A stretch of 64,000 nucleotides of DNA from Candidatus Dojkabacteria bacterium (GCA_035444565.1 DAOMOX010000002.1:105335-169334), one strand, 5' to 3'; positions 32,122-42,490 are shown, counted from the stretch's first letter. Made by a program: numbers and translations. The notes: generated by a model from the letters alone, not told the origin.

Positions 32122-32752
32122 GTTCTTTATATTTCTCGACCATTGAATGAAACTGATCCTGCTCCTTCTTTTCCATTTCATCAAAATCGATACGTAGTTC
32201 TTCTAATAAATTACTTATATCTCTAACCTCAATTGATCGAAATCTATTTGTCCTAAAATACAGCAAGTCGAAAAGGGCTTTAGAGGGGGAGGCAATATAA
32301 AAATCAAATTTATTATCTGATTCAGAATCTCCTTTAACCAACAAATAATCAGAAAAGATCTTTTCATTGATAGACTTATAAAAGAATGTACCGATTTTTG
32401 TCTGATAATCTCTGGTTACCTTTTGTGTTACAGAGGTAATAGCACCGATTTCCTCAGTAGCTAGAGAGTAATATTGCAATGCCGTCCACGAGCTTATATA
32501 TGATGGTTTCCTCAACACGTTCGCCAAATAGTACAAATACGTTACATCATTTTTATTTTTCTCATAGAAATCCCTAGAAACGTACAATTCTCTTCTTAGC
32601 TGGATAATATCTTTGCTTTTTATATACCTACTAATATAAGTATCTATAGTCACATCTTCTAAAGCATACTGCTCAGCTATTTGCACCAAAACAGCCTTAG
32701 TAAAATAAGGTAACGGTTTCAAGTTTTCGATTAGATTTTTCTTGCTTTTCAT
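32114..32752 (-). CDS. AbiEi-family antitoxin
   Basis: IQLRRELY, PSYISSWTALQYY, ITSVT, ASPSKALFDLLY. Confidence 0.85.
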   Translation of the reverse strand: MKSKKNLIENLKPLPYFTKAVLVQIAEQYALEDVTIDTYISRYIKSKDIIQLRRELYVSRDFYEKNKNDVTYLYYLANVLRKPSYISSWTALQYYSLATEEIGAITSVTQKVTRDYQTKIGTFFYKSINEKIFSDYLLVKGDSESDNKFDFYIASPSKALFDLLYFRTNRFRSIEVRDISNLLEELRIDFDEMEKKEQDQFHSMVEKYKEHE

Positions 32753-32806
32753 ATATATGACACTATTGTATCAGATATAAAACATAGATTCAATACACAA
32801 ACATAT

Positions 32807-34384
32807 TTAAAATGGACTCTCAATCCCTAATTCTTTAGTAAATACTTCAATTTTCTTTTTTAAATTCTCTTCTTCACCTGCCAATTCTTTCGCTTCTTTC
32901 GCCACAGCTTCGATATCTATTTCTGGCTCTTCATCGAATGTATCGACGTATCTTGGGATATTTAGATTAAATTCATTTTCTTCGATCTCTTTAAGTGTCG
33001 CTTTGTGTGAATATTTCTCTATTTCTTTTCTGTCTTTGTATGTTTCAAATATTTTGGATATATTCTCATCGGTTAGTTTGTTTTGATTTTTACCTTTTTC
33101 GAACTCTTTCGAAGCATCGATAAACAAAATATCATCGTCTTCTTTTCTGCATTTTTTGAATACCAAAACTGTTGCTGGAATAGATGTCCCGTAGAACAGA
33201 TTTGCTGGAAGACCGATTACTGCATCGAGATAATTCTGTTTCTCTATGATATATTTCCGAATCTGACCTTCTGCTCCAGATCTGAATAACGCTCCATGTG
33301 GAAGGACAACTGCCATCGTTCCATTGTCAGCCAGATGATAGAGCATGTGAGTGACAAATGCATAGTCAGCTGCACCTTTTGGTGCTAGACGACCGTATTG
33401 AGAAAATCTTTCATCATTCGCCAGTACAGGATCTGTATCACTTTTCCATTTAGCTGAAAAGGGCGGATTTGCCACCACCGCCTCTGCTTGCAAATCTTGA
33501 TGCATGTCATCCATAAGAGTGTCCCCCTGCCTGATGCTAAACTTATCAAAGTGAAGTCCATGTAAAATCATATTCATCCTAGCCAAGTTGTATGTTGTGG
33601 GATTGAGCTCTTGACCAAGATAACTTGTAACATTTGTGAAATCTCCGACACGCAAAAGCAGTGAGCCAGAACCACATGTTGGATCATAAACCGATTTAAG
33701 CCTGGTTTTACCTTCTGAAACAATTTGAGCCAATAACCTCGAAACCTGCGCTGGCGTGTAGAATTCTCCGCCTTTCTTTCCTGCACCGGAAGCAAATTCA
33801 CCTATCAAATATTCATATGCATCACCTAAAAGATCACTTTTCGAGTCTTCAATTTTAAAATCAATCCCTGCCAAAGCAGTTAATACTTCTACTATCACCT
33901 CGTTTTTCTTGTTTTCAGACTTACCAAGCTTTGATGAAGATAAATCCACATCATCAAACAATCCTTTGAAATCATCTTCGCTGGCTGTTCCCATTGAGGT
34001 TTGCTCTATTTTATTCAGAACATTTTTCAAATCTTCAAGTATGAACTTGTCCACTCCATTAATTTCACCATTTCCAGCTTTGACTAAATATGAAAACAAC
34101 TCTCTAGGCTTCAAGAAGAATCCAAGATATTCAGTTGTAGCTTTTTGCACAGCTTCTAGGATCTTTTCACCTTCTTGTGTTTCTTCATCAATTTCGTCAA
34201 ACTTGTACTTTTCGCCCTTTAAAAGTTCCTCATCAACATATGCAGACAGTTTCTCCGAAAGATATTTGTAGAAAATAAAGCCAAGAATGTAATTTTTGTA
34301 TTCATCGGCATTCATTTTTCCGCGGAGGATGTTTGCTACTGACCAGAGTTGCTTCTCGAGGAGTTGCTTGTGTTCATCAGCCAT
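32807..34384 (-). CDS. hsdM: type I RM methyltransferase subunit M
   Basis: GEFYTP, DPTCGSGSLL, NPPF, VLPHGALFR, NLNIPRYVDT. Confidence 0.97.
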   Translation of the reverse strand: MADEHKQLLEKQLWSVANILRGKMNADEYKNYILGFIFYKYLSEKLSAYVDEELLKGEKYKFDEIDEETQEGEKILEAVQKATTEYLGFFLKPRELFSYLVKAGNGEINGVDKFILEDLKNVLNKIEQTSMGTASEDDFKGLFDDVDLSSSKLGKSENKKNEVIVEVLTALAGIDFKIEDSKSDLLGDAYEYLIGEFASGAGKKGGEFYTPAQVSRLLAQIVSEGKTRLKSVYDPTCGSGSLLLRVGDFTNVTSYLGQELNPTTYNLARMNMILHGLHFDKFSIRQGDTLMDDMHQDLQAEAVVANPPFSAKWKSDTDPVLANDERFSQYGRLAPKGAADYAFVTHMLYHLADNGTMAVVLPHGALFRSGAEGQIRKYIIEKQNYLDAVIGLPANLFYGTSIPATVLVFKKCRKEDDDILFIDASKEFEKGKNQNKLTDENISKIFETYKDRKEIEKYSHKATLKEIEENEFNLNIPRYVDTFDEEPEIDIEAVAKEAKELAGEEENLKKKIEVFTKELGIESPF

Positions 34385-34499
34385 TGTTGTAATTATAAAT
34401 TAATAATAACCTAGATTATACATGCAAGACTTATACATAATCCACATACAAACATTTCTAATTAGTTCAAAACTCCGAATTAAATATTTCTTATAAATC

Positions 34500-35543
34500 T
34501 TAAGATGCTATAAAATTATCATTAACAGTATCTATCAACAAAACTATCTGATTTGCCATATCTTTTATAACTATATCTTCAGTAACATCAAGTTTTGGAA
34601 ATATAGGAAAATAAATCCGATCTTTCTGAATTATTTTTGTATCAATAAGTCTTTCAGTTTTATGGCAACTTTCTATAAGTTGAGGTGTCGTGGCCCAGTT
34701 CTTGCTATCTTGGAAACCTATCCAAAAAGGCGTATCCAAATACTTAGACCAAAGATCCATACTGAAATATAGTGTTAGTGCAAGCTTTTCATAATACCCA
34801 AACCTGACGTAACCATCTCTTTGAGGTGTCGCTCGCAATTTCTCTGTCATAAATTTACCATTATTCCTTAGCTCTTCGACAAGGTTATCAATTAAATCAC
34901 AGTATGACATTAATCTTCTGGGATACTTAGGGGACAAATCATCACTTTGTATTGGAAGGAAAGAGTTATCATCAATAACTTTACAAAAACCGATTAATTG
35001 ATCAATGTCTGATACTAAGCTTGTTGAACCTTCCTGTACTAAGTTGCTCTTAATAATAGCTAGGATTTCATCCCACGTTTTTATTAGAATATATTTATTT
35101 TCAGGCAATTCAATTAACCTATCATTTGCACTTTTCTCTGGTATTTCAATTTTTACAACCCTATTTTTGATTTCTGAATACAAAGATCGACTTCTCAGTG
35201 TTGGGCAAATAAATAAAAGTACGGATGACTCGCCAATTCTTTTCAGATACTCTAGCGGTTGATTCTCAGTCAATGATGCCCAAAACTTAGCTTCGATGAT
35301 TAATCTTTCATTTTCATCCGTGGTTGTTACTCCAGATATATCCGGACGTTCTAAATTTTCCCCGATTGATTGGGCAATATATTTTAAATCTGGAAGATTA
35401 ATCCCGGTATCGTTTGAGATTACATTTTGTAGCGCATCTCTAGCACCTTTTGATTTATTCAAAATATAAGATAATCCGGTTGATGCAATATCTTCCTGTG
35501 ATCCTCTGATACGTGAATAAAATTGTCCTAGTAGTGATTCCAT
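34500..35543 (-). CDS. putative PD-(D/E)XK nuclease
   Basis: RPDISG..IIEAKFWASLTENQP. Confidence 0.6.
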   Translation of the reverse strand: MESLLGQFYSRIRGSQEDIASTGLSYILNKSKGARDALQNVISNDTGINLPDLKYIAQSIGENLERPDISGVTTTDENERLIIEAKFWASLTENQPLEYLKRIGESSVLLFICPTLRSRSLYSEIKNRVVKIEIPEKSANDRLIELPENKYILIKTWDEILAIIKSNLVQEGSTSLVSDIDQLIGFCKVIDDNSFLPIQSDDLSPKYPRRLMSYCDLIDNLVEELRNNGKFMTEKLRATPQRDGYVRFGYYEKLALTLYFSMDLWSKYLDTPFWIGFQDSKNWATTPQLIESCHKTERLIDTKIIQKDRIYFPIFPKLDVTEDIVIKDMANQIVLLIDTVNDNFIAS

Positions 35544-35653
35544 GAATGTGTTTGATAATAATTATTAAGTAAAACTCACAGTTCTTTTATCATTTAATTC
35601 CTCAATTCCTAAATTTCTCAATCTTTACATTTTATTTCCTCATTCCTCAATCT

Positions 35654-36385
35654 CTAAATTCCTAAATCCCTCAATTTCCCTTGATACCCACACCACTCAC
35701 ACCCCTCCCTATACCCCGGAATCTCCTCCCCCATCAAACAATCCTTAATCTCTCTCAACTTCCCCTCAATCCAGCTGTCGTCTCCGGTGTATGGAATTAC
35801 GGAGATTTTGAATTCTAGTTTTGCATCGAAGGCTTGTTTGTCTTTGATGCCATTGCAATAAACAAAGTAACCCGTATTCGATACTTCAAAACCATTTCTT
35901 CGTAGTAACCATTGATAGATTTCCATTTGTCTCTTGTATGACATTTGCCAGTCTGCATCGATATTTACCTCCTCTTTTTTTGAAGTTGATTTGTAGTCCA
36001 CTACTATTAATTCTCCTTTTGGATTCACCCAAACATCATCAACTGCTCCTGCCACCAGAAGATTGGTTTCTTCGTGTAGGTATTGAACACCTTGGAAATT
36101 TTCTCTCCAGATGTCGATATCTTTGTGAGTGAAAGGAATTGCATCAATTCCATATGTGGTCATCAGTGGATGAGGGTCACCCTTGATACGATGGGTATCG
36201 AATTCTTGCTTCAATAAGTGGTCAACCGCAGAATTCAAACTAAACGGAGGACCTGAGGGCTGCTTTAATCCAAGTCTTCTATCCAGATAAAAACAATGCG
36301 GACAATTAATGAAGAATTCTATTCCCGATCTGCTGATTTTGTAAGCTTCGTCTTTGAGTGGATCAAACTGCCCTCGATAAGCCAT
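35654..36385 (-). CDS. PD-(D/E)XK nuclease (RecB/Cas4-like)
   Basis: CPHCFY, GAVDD, VDYKS, RQMEIYQW, C-terminal CEWC. Confidence 0.85.
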   Translation of the reverse strand: MAYRGQFDPLKDEAYKISRSGIEFFINCPHCFYLDRRLGLKQPSGPPFSLNSAVDHLLKQEFDTHRIKGDPHPLMTTYGIDAIPFTHKDIDIWRENFQGVQYLHEETNLLVAGAVDDVWVNPKGELIVVDYKSTSKKEEVNIDADWQMSYKRQMEIYQWLLRRNGFEVSNTGYFVYCNGIKDKQAFDAKLEFKISVIPYTGDDSWIEGKLREIKDCLMGEEIPGYREGCEWCGYQGKLRDLGI

Positions 36386-36472
36386 ATTTGTGGTTTCTAG
36401 GTTGAAGTTGATTATACTATTATTAACTATTCAAAGAAAGTAATCACCAGTAAGAATTTTGGTGATTGAGAC

Positions 36473-37192
36473 TTATACCTTAAAGTAATCCATCTTCTGA
36501 GTATTTTTACACGTAGGGAAGTTTGTACATCCCCAGAATATCCCATATTTTCCTTCAACAATCTTCATCCTGCTGTCGCATTTGTTACAGAACTTGACTG
36601 AATCCCTATTAATTAATGGTCTGAGAGGAATTTCTACATTATATTTTTTTATTATACTCACTAGTTCATAGCCATTTATCAATCTAATAGGTCTTTCACT
36701 TGCGAAACGCTTTGCATCTAGCGTGAAAATATTAGTAGTTACAAAATATGCATTGGCATTATTCAGTTTATCTACTGTGGCACCATAAAAATCTCTCATA
36801 TCACTAAGAGTTACAACTCGGTTTATGTACTTTTTACATTGTATATAGTGAGTTTTTTCCCCTTTTTTTACAATTATATCTATTCCTCCATCCCTCAGGC
36901 CACCAATCACATTTGTCGTGTAGCCTAATTGTTGAAATATTTTTCCAACAAACTCTTCAAATTCATGTGGTGAGAGATTTTTAATTGCCGAGAGCATTTC
37001 TTTATCACTTTTCCAAGTGAATTCTTTCCTCTCCGGAGTGCTTTGCTGTTGGGTGGGGATAGTGGGTAAAGACGAACTTACAGGTGGTGCTTTCTCATCT
37101 TTAGTAGCACTCAGAGCTTTGATAAGGAAAACTACGAGAGAAAGAATTACTACTAGATAGATACTACAAAACAGAAAAAAGAAATTCTCCAA
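36473..37192 (-). CDS. Mrr-family restriction endonuclease with N-terminal TM and C-terminal Zn ribbon
   Basis: PHEFEEFV, DGGIDI, IQCKKY, CNKC..FWGCTNFPTC. Confidence 0.85.
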   Translation of the reverse strand: MENFFFLFCSIYLVVILSLVVFLIKALSATKDEKAPPVSSSLPTIPTQQQSTPERKEFTWKSDKEMLSAIKNLSPHEFEEFVGKIFQQLGYTTNVIGGLRDGGIDIIVKKGEKTHYIQCKKYINRVVTLSDMRDFYGATVDKLNNANAYFVTTNIFTLDAKRFASERPIRLINGYELVSIIKKYNVEIPLRPLINRDSVKFCNKCDSRMKIVEGKYGIFWGCTNFPTCKNTQKMDYFKV

Positions 37193-37310
37193 TGCTATGT
37201 AAAATATTTATAAATACATAGCTACATAGTACAAAAATTTATTCAAGATTTCCAAAATCGATATTTCCGAAATAAAGTATTAAAAATGGGGGTGTTACCA
37301 GTTCTGAGAA

Positions 37311-37865
37311 TTATTGATAGTTTTTGTTACTTGAAATTATTGATTTAACATCTTTCGCTACATCAAATACAAATTCCAAGTCTTGATCGTTATAGAGTTT
37401 ATCAATTCTTTTAAGATTTCCAATATGAAGCCTATTTCTAAAAGATCTTACTCTATCCAGGTTACTTTCTAGTTCTGGTTCAATTATGTGATATTTAGAA
37501 CAATAGTCTATAACTCTGTTAAAGTCCAATTTATTGATATCGATAGGCATTTGTTCACGTATTAATCCAACTACTTGTTTGTTCGGACTTATCTTGTAAA
37601 GCATTCTAATGTCAGTGTATTTCCAAGAATCTTTTGTTTTAATATTTCCAGAATTTACCTCATATTTAACTATGATCATCAATAGAGCCTCTATAATTGA
37701 AGCGGTGTGAATAATTATTGTTTTCCTAAAACTACTCAATGTAATAAGAGAATCGTCAAAATCCTTCTTCAACAATAAAGTAGAAAGTACAAGTATATGA
37801 TTGAAAGTAATATTGAGGTTAGTGCGTAGAATCGGATCTTTAATTTCAGGGAAATTATTTATCAC
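37311..37865 (-). CDS. hypothetical protein, possible HEPN RNase
   Basis: Helical; IIEALL near N-terminus and RSFRNRLH motif. Confidence 0.5.
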   Translation of the reverse strand: MINNFPEIKDPILRTNLNITFNHILVLSTLLLKKDFDDSLITLSSFRKTIIIHTASIIEALLMIIVKYEVNSGNIKTKDSWKYTDIRMLYKISPNKQVVGLIREQMPIDINKLDFNRVIDYCSKYHIIEPELESNLDRVRSFRNRLHIGNLKRIDKLYNDQDLEFVFDVAKDVKSIISSNKNYQ

Positions 37866-38034
37866 CTTCGACCATCATATCCACTAATGAAGGGAATCCG
37901 CCCTCTCTAAGGTAATCACCTAGCTTTGTGTTTGGGTCGACGGATAATTCGATACCATAAAGCTCCTTTAACTCGGAAACTTTAGTATTTCTGGTAAGAA
38001 TTATCTGGTTTTTGTCTTTTTTAACTTTTCTCAT
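37855..38034 (-). CDS. small protein (59 aa), not in the ORF track
   Basis: Manual translation MRKVKKDKNQIILTRNTKVSELKELYGIELSVDPNTKLGDYLREGGFPSLVDMMVEGDK; overlaps start of 37311-37865. Confidence 0.6.
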   Translation of the reverse strand: MRKVKKDKNQIILTRNTKVSELKELYGIELSVDPNTKLGDYLREGGFPSLVDMMVEGDK

Positions 38035-38295
38035 AAGAAACTATACCACAAATTTAAATATGAACATTGTGCCGTAAGGCAAATATGAGTAACTTTCTAG
38101 AGAAATCCCCGTCTCGAATCAAGTTTCGTTTAAATTCCAAAAAAATCATCATTAAGATTAATATCAAAGATAAGTCATTAAAAAAATTTAATCAAAATTG
38201 CAGAAGACACTCTTCCAAATCTCCGTAACACACATACGGAGCGTATTATGGTATAATTGTATATGATTTTAAATCAATTTCGAACTAAATATTAA

Positions 38296-41200
38296 ATGGG
38301 GGACTTAGGCTTAGATAATAATCGCTGGTTGATTCCGAGATTGGACTATTTACCTGACGTTAATCCTTGGGATATGTTTAATCGAGAACGATTGCGCGTA
38401 TTTGGGGAGATAGTAGATAACTATTTTGTTCCACAATGCAATTTTCTTAGTTATGAAGATACAGAACAAGATTTAGATTATTTTGTTCAGAAATATCCAT
38501 TTTTATTAGATGGACAAGGAAGCCTTCCTCAATTGCATAGGAAAGTTTACGAACTTCAATCAAATGGGGTTTCTACACTAACAATTTTTGATATTTGTAT
38601 AGAATTTGACTGTCTTGATAAACTCGGCCAACAATTTCTAGAAAATCCACCACCTCATTTAGAATTAGGACTTAAAATTACAAACTCTGCAGAATATAAT
38701 TTGATACAACAAGCAGTAACAAGAAATCACCTACCTCAAGTTTTAAATTTTCTAAATTCTCTAATCCCCTTAAAAGAACCTGAAGGTGAAGAATACTTAA
38801 AACATCCAACACTCTGGTTAGAGCTACTAGGGAGTTCTTCAATGTACCGACCTAATGCAGTTATTCTGGCTGCTGAAAAAGGCAGTCTAAATCATCTAAC
38901 TGAAACAATCAAGTATTTGTCTACTATAGATGAAAACAGAACATTAAATTTATTCGAGAATGAATTTCAATTAGGTATGGGCGAATCAAATTTCTTACAT
39001 CATCTATTAAAAGGAAAACAATTGCATTCATCATTGATTGAGATGATTCAACAAGTTTATTCATCAAGCACTTATCGTCTTAAATCATTGCTTAATCAAA
39101 AAGACTTCTATGGGAATATTCCGACTCATGCCATATTGGGTCCTTACAGAGATTTTATTATACCATTAATAGATTTCGCTTATACGGAAGATAATGAAGG
39201 TTTAAAGTTGTTGCTAGAAAAATTTGGAATCTCAAATTTAATTAGGACCAGTGCCACGAGTAATTTACTACCAGGTCTAATAACTAAAACTTATAGTGAT
39301 GCAACTGAAATACTCTTAGAATACGTAACACCAGTCATCCATGACATTCTTAGAAATATTTCAATCACAGGAAACTTGGAGTCATTTGAAATATTGAAAC
39401 TAGCTTATTCATCTCATCCGGGAGAATTATTTAAAACATTTATTGAATCAGAGTCAAATGCTGAACTACTAATACATGCTGCTCAAAATCATCATGTAGC
39501 ATCTGCTAGGGAATACATAAAATACATATTTAAAGACCATCCAGATTTATTGCAAGAATATTTACATCGACCAGATTCAAATACTATCGCACAAGAAAAT
39601 GATACATACCAAATCGCATTTTTAAGATACCTTTCCTCTCCTCATGATTTCATTCCAGCAATGGAAATTTTGGAACAAGCATATTTAACTAATGATCAAA
39701 ACGGCGAGAACTCTCAAAAATTATCTGGGAAGAATATAATTCAACCTTTTTTAAAAGTAGCTTCGACTAATCCTGAAATCTTAACTTGTGAAGTAATTTC
39801 TAGGTTCAAATTGATATTAGATAGAAGTAATTACACTTATCTAATTAGTAATCCAGATGTAAGAGAAGTATTAGTAAATTATGAAATAGAACATATAGTA
39901 CCACGTTCAAATACATTTTTTCGAATGGGTATAGATGAACAATATTCAGGAGATATGGCACGTATTGCAGTAGAAGCATATACAGAATATTCTTATTTTA
40001 AACAAGTACTTGAATCCTACCCTACTATACTATCAAAAGTATTAGGGACTGAGCTTATAGTTAATCTTGGACCTACGGAAAACGAGGCAAGAAGTGCCTA
40101 TGATAGAGAAATTTTAGACATAAGTAAGAAATTTATATCGTTATTAGAAAATCATTTTAATATCAGAGGAAACTTTTACATTATTGACGAATCTGAACAA
40201 GATCAAGACATTCAGCCAACTGAGGATCTAATATCTCGCCTATTTCCGACTAGAAAGCATCAATTTTTTGTAAACGAAAAATTAATCACAGACATTTTCG
40301 AACAACCTCCTTTAACAAGGCTTGGTTTTCTTGCAAGAAGAGCATTATTGGGGGGAGACTTCCCTGATAGGCCAGAGGACAAAGCTTTGAGAAGTATTTT
40401 CCCAGAGGATTTTACAATGTTTTACAAGCCTGATAACGACTACTTGCCTATACCAATACTCCCAGAACACTGGGCAGAACTTGCTTTAAAGTTATCTCAT
40501 TGTACTCCTAATTTAGAAAATGGATCTTTCCTAGATAGCATACAAGTTATTTCTGGTATTGTAGACTCATTAAAGGAAATTGCTAAATTATCGGAAATAC
40601 CACTGACCGACAGGTTATTAACTGACATTGAAAGTTTTGCAAAGTTGTTAGGTAGATATTATATCAATACAGTTTATGCAACTGATAATACAAAGATTAA
40701 ATCCAAGGAAGAGGTAGATAAACACCCAATTATTATAAAAATCTTAGATCCAGATGATAACGAAGATTTGGCAGATTTTATAAGATATCGATTTGCAGGG
40801 GATCCCATACAAGATCTCAAACTTACGGCTCAATACAAACATTTGCCATCCGAAATTGGTTTGATGGCTTACGATCCACATACAACCGTAGCCCTCTTGT
40901 ATGAAAATCGTTCGGATGTAACTATTTCACTTGAAGAAGAGCATCCAATGGATAATGATTTTATGGATGAAATTTCAAAAGAAGAATTAAGGTATAACAT
41001 TGAACGATTAGCTTTTGGTTATGTAACAATAACTGAGGGTACATTTAGAACCTCAGAAGAGGAAGATGCTCGTCGTATAATCATCCTAGGAGACGCCGAG
41101 ATGGGATCTTACCGCAGCAATGCTAATGTTGCAGAAATCTTATTAACTCTCGCACGAACTCTAAAACAAAAAACAGGTCTGGATGTGATAATTTCTACCG

Positions 41201-41409
41201 CGTATCACAAAATTTTTGTAAACGAAAGTACTGCAGAAAGCTCAGATATATCAATACCGCCTACAACCTCTAAAATCAAGCGCAATTCAGAAACAAAAGT
41301 AACGGATAATACAGGGATACCGCTTTCAGAAGAAGTGTATTTACATCATCAAGAGGATAAAACGAAGGCACCAACGGCAGCAGAAAATTACTGGTTTATG
41401 ATTAGCTGA
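38296..41409 (+). CDS. large hypothetical protein, possibly with helical/ankyrin-like repeats
   Basis: 1037-aa ORF; segments NFLHHLL, GNIPTHAIL, LLIHAAQ; TGGTATAAT upstream. Confidence 0.6.
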   Translation: MGDLGLDNNRWLIPRLDYLPDVNPWDMFNRERLRVFGEIVDNYFVPQCNFLSYEDTEQDLDYFVQKYPFLLDGQGSLPQLHRKVYELQSNGVSTLTIFDICIEFDCLDKLGQQFLENPPPHLELGLKITNSAEYNLIQQAVTRNHLPQVLNFLNSLIPLKEPEGEEYLKHPTLWLELLGSSSMYRPNAVILAAEKGSLNHLTETIKYLSTIDENRTLNLFENEFQLGMGESNFLHHLLKGKQLHSSLIEMIQQVYSSSTYRLKSLLNQKDFYGNIPTHAILGPYRDFIIPLIDFAYTEDNEGLKLLLEKFGISNLIRTSATSNLLPGLITKTYSDATEILLEYVTPVIHDILRNISITGNLESFEILKLAYSSHPGELFKTFIESESNAELLIHAAQNHHVASAREYIKYIFKDHPDLLQEYLHRPDSNTIAQENDTYQIAFLRYLSSPHDFIPAMEILEQAYLTNDQNGENSQKLSGKNIIQPFLKVASTNPEILTCEVISRFKLILDRSNYTYLISNPDVREVLVNYEIEHIVPRSNTFFRMGIDEQYSGDMARIAVEAYTEYSYFKQVLESYPTILSKVLGTELIVNLGPTENEARSAYDREILDISKKFISLLENHFNIRGNFYIIDESEQDQDIQPTEDLISRLFPTRKHQFFVNEKLITDIFEQPPLTRLGFLARRALLGGDFPDRPEDKALRSIFPEDFTMFYKPDNDYLPIPILPEHWAELALKLSHCTPNLENGSFLDSIQVISGIVDSLKEIAKLSEIPLTDRLLTDIESFAKLLGRYYINTVYATDNTKIKSKEEVDKHPIIIKILDPDDNEDLADFIRYRFAGDPIQDLKLTAQYKHLPSEIGLMAYDPHTTVALLYENRSDVTISLEEEHPMDNDFMDEISKEELRYNIERLAFGYVTITEGTFRTSEEEDARRIIILGDAEMGSYRSNANVAEILLTLARTLKQKTGLDVIISTAYHKIFVNESTAESSDISIPPTTSKIKRNSETKVTDNTGIPLSEEVYLHHQEDKTKAPTAAENYWFMIS

Positions 41410-41721
41410 GATTAATTATAGAATCAAAGCTTTTCTGATATAAGAATCGTTCTATAAATAATTCTTTCATTATCAAGAACTCCCCATTTCAATAAAATAT
41501 TGTTTCCGAATTCAGCATTAATCTAATTAAGAAATATCTCTCCCCCTATGTTTTTAGTCTGAATCAGAGGAAAATCTCAATTCTGGAATAAAAATGGAAA
41601 ATATCATGATTTCCCAAATCAGTTTGAAAAATAACACGTAAGTTAATATAATGTAATTAATCACGAGGGAGAAACGACTGTACTTTTTCGTAAAGTATGC
41701 TACGCCTCCCACTTTTTATAC

Positions 41722-42249
41722 TCAAGCCAATTCCACCTTCTTTCTCTCTCTTTCTAAAAAAACTTTTTCATTTTGGAATCTTTTAAGTAAAGACGATTCA
41801 GATTTACGATTTGGAATAATGATTTTCAACAACTTCCTTTCTCTTTTCAAATATTGGTGTAAACAATAAAAATCTCCATCACCAGACACAATGACAGCTT
41901 GATTATAATTTTCGTATTGGATTATTGCAGAATGCAACACCAATTCTGCGTCGACATTCCCTTTTGGTTTTCCGGAGTGATCTTTTATTGTAGGCTTGAA
42001 AATTAGTTTATAGTCATAACTTCTTAATGCATCATACAACTTCTGATTTTCAGGTATAAATCCTATAAACAGAAAAACCTTCTTAGCCTTAAATTTGTCT
42101 GTTAAATAAATTCGAAACTTTTTATAATCTAATTTCCAACCTGAATATATTCTTTTCTTCCCTCTCTAAATATCTTTACTTGTTCCTAGATTTAGATTCT
42201 GACTGTCAATAAATACGTAAATCTTAGATTTATCAAATTCCCTAATCAT
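41722..42249 (-). pseudogene. NYN (LabA/PIN-like) domain gene with in-frame TAG
   Basis: MIREFDKSKIYVFIDSQNLNLG..DI*RGKK..KGNVDAELV..VSGDGDF; stop at 42166-42168. Confidence 0.8.
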
Positions 42250-42321
42250 CAGTGAATCATTAATAACATAAGTTTACACGAGTTTTCTGGATATTTTATG
42301 AATTACCAAATGTATTAATTT

Positions 42322-42490
42322 CCCTGACTTGATCCCGCCTCCGTTACATGGCGGGACGGATCTCTAGGTTATGATTTACCTAAACAAATGTTTGAGAGAG
42401 ATCCCCTCCCGTCATGTTTTAAGACGGGATCGAGGGGAAATATATGAGAGAGATTCCCTCCCGTCATGTTTTTAGACGGGATCGAGGGGA
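42322..42490. repeat. REP/REPIN-like element (one left arm, two right arms)
   Basis: ccctgacttgatc..ggatctct, then two copies of gagaga..ccctcccgtc..gacgggatcgagggga. Confidence 0.75.

Noticed and set aside
35654-36385. Cas4 as evidence of CRISPR-Cas
   Set aside because: Solo PD-(D/E)XK gene with no cas1/cas2 or array
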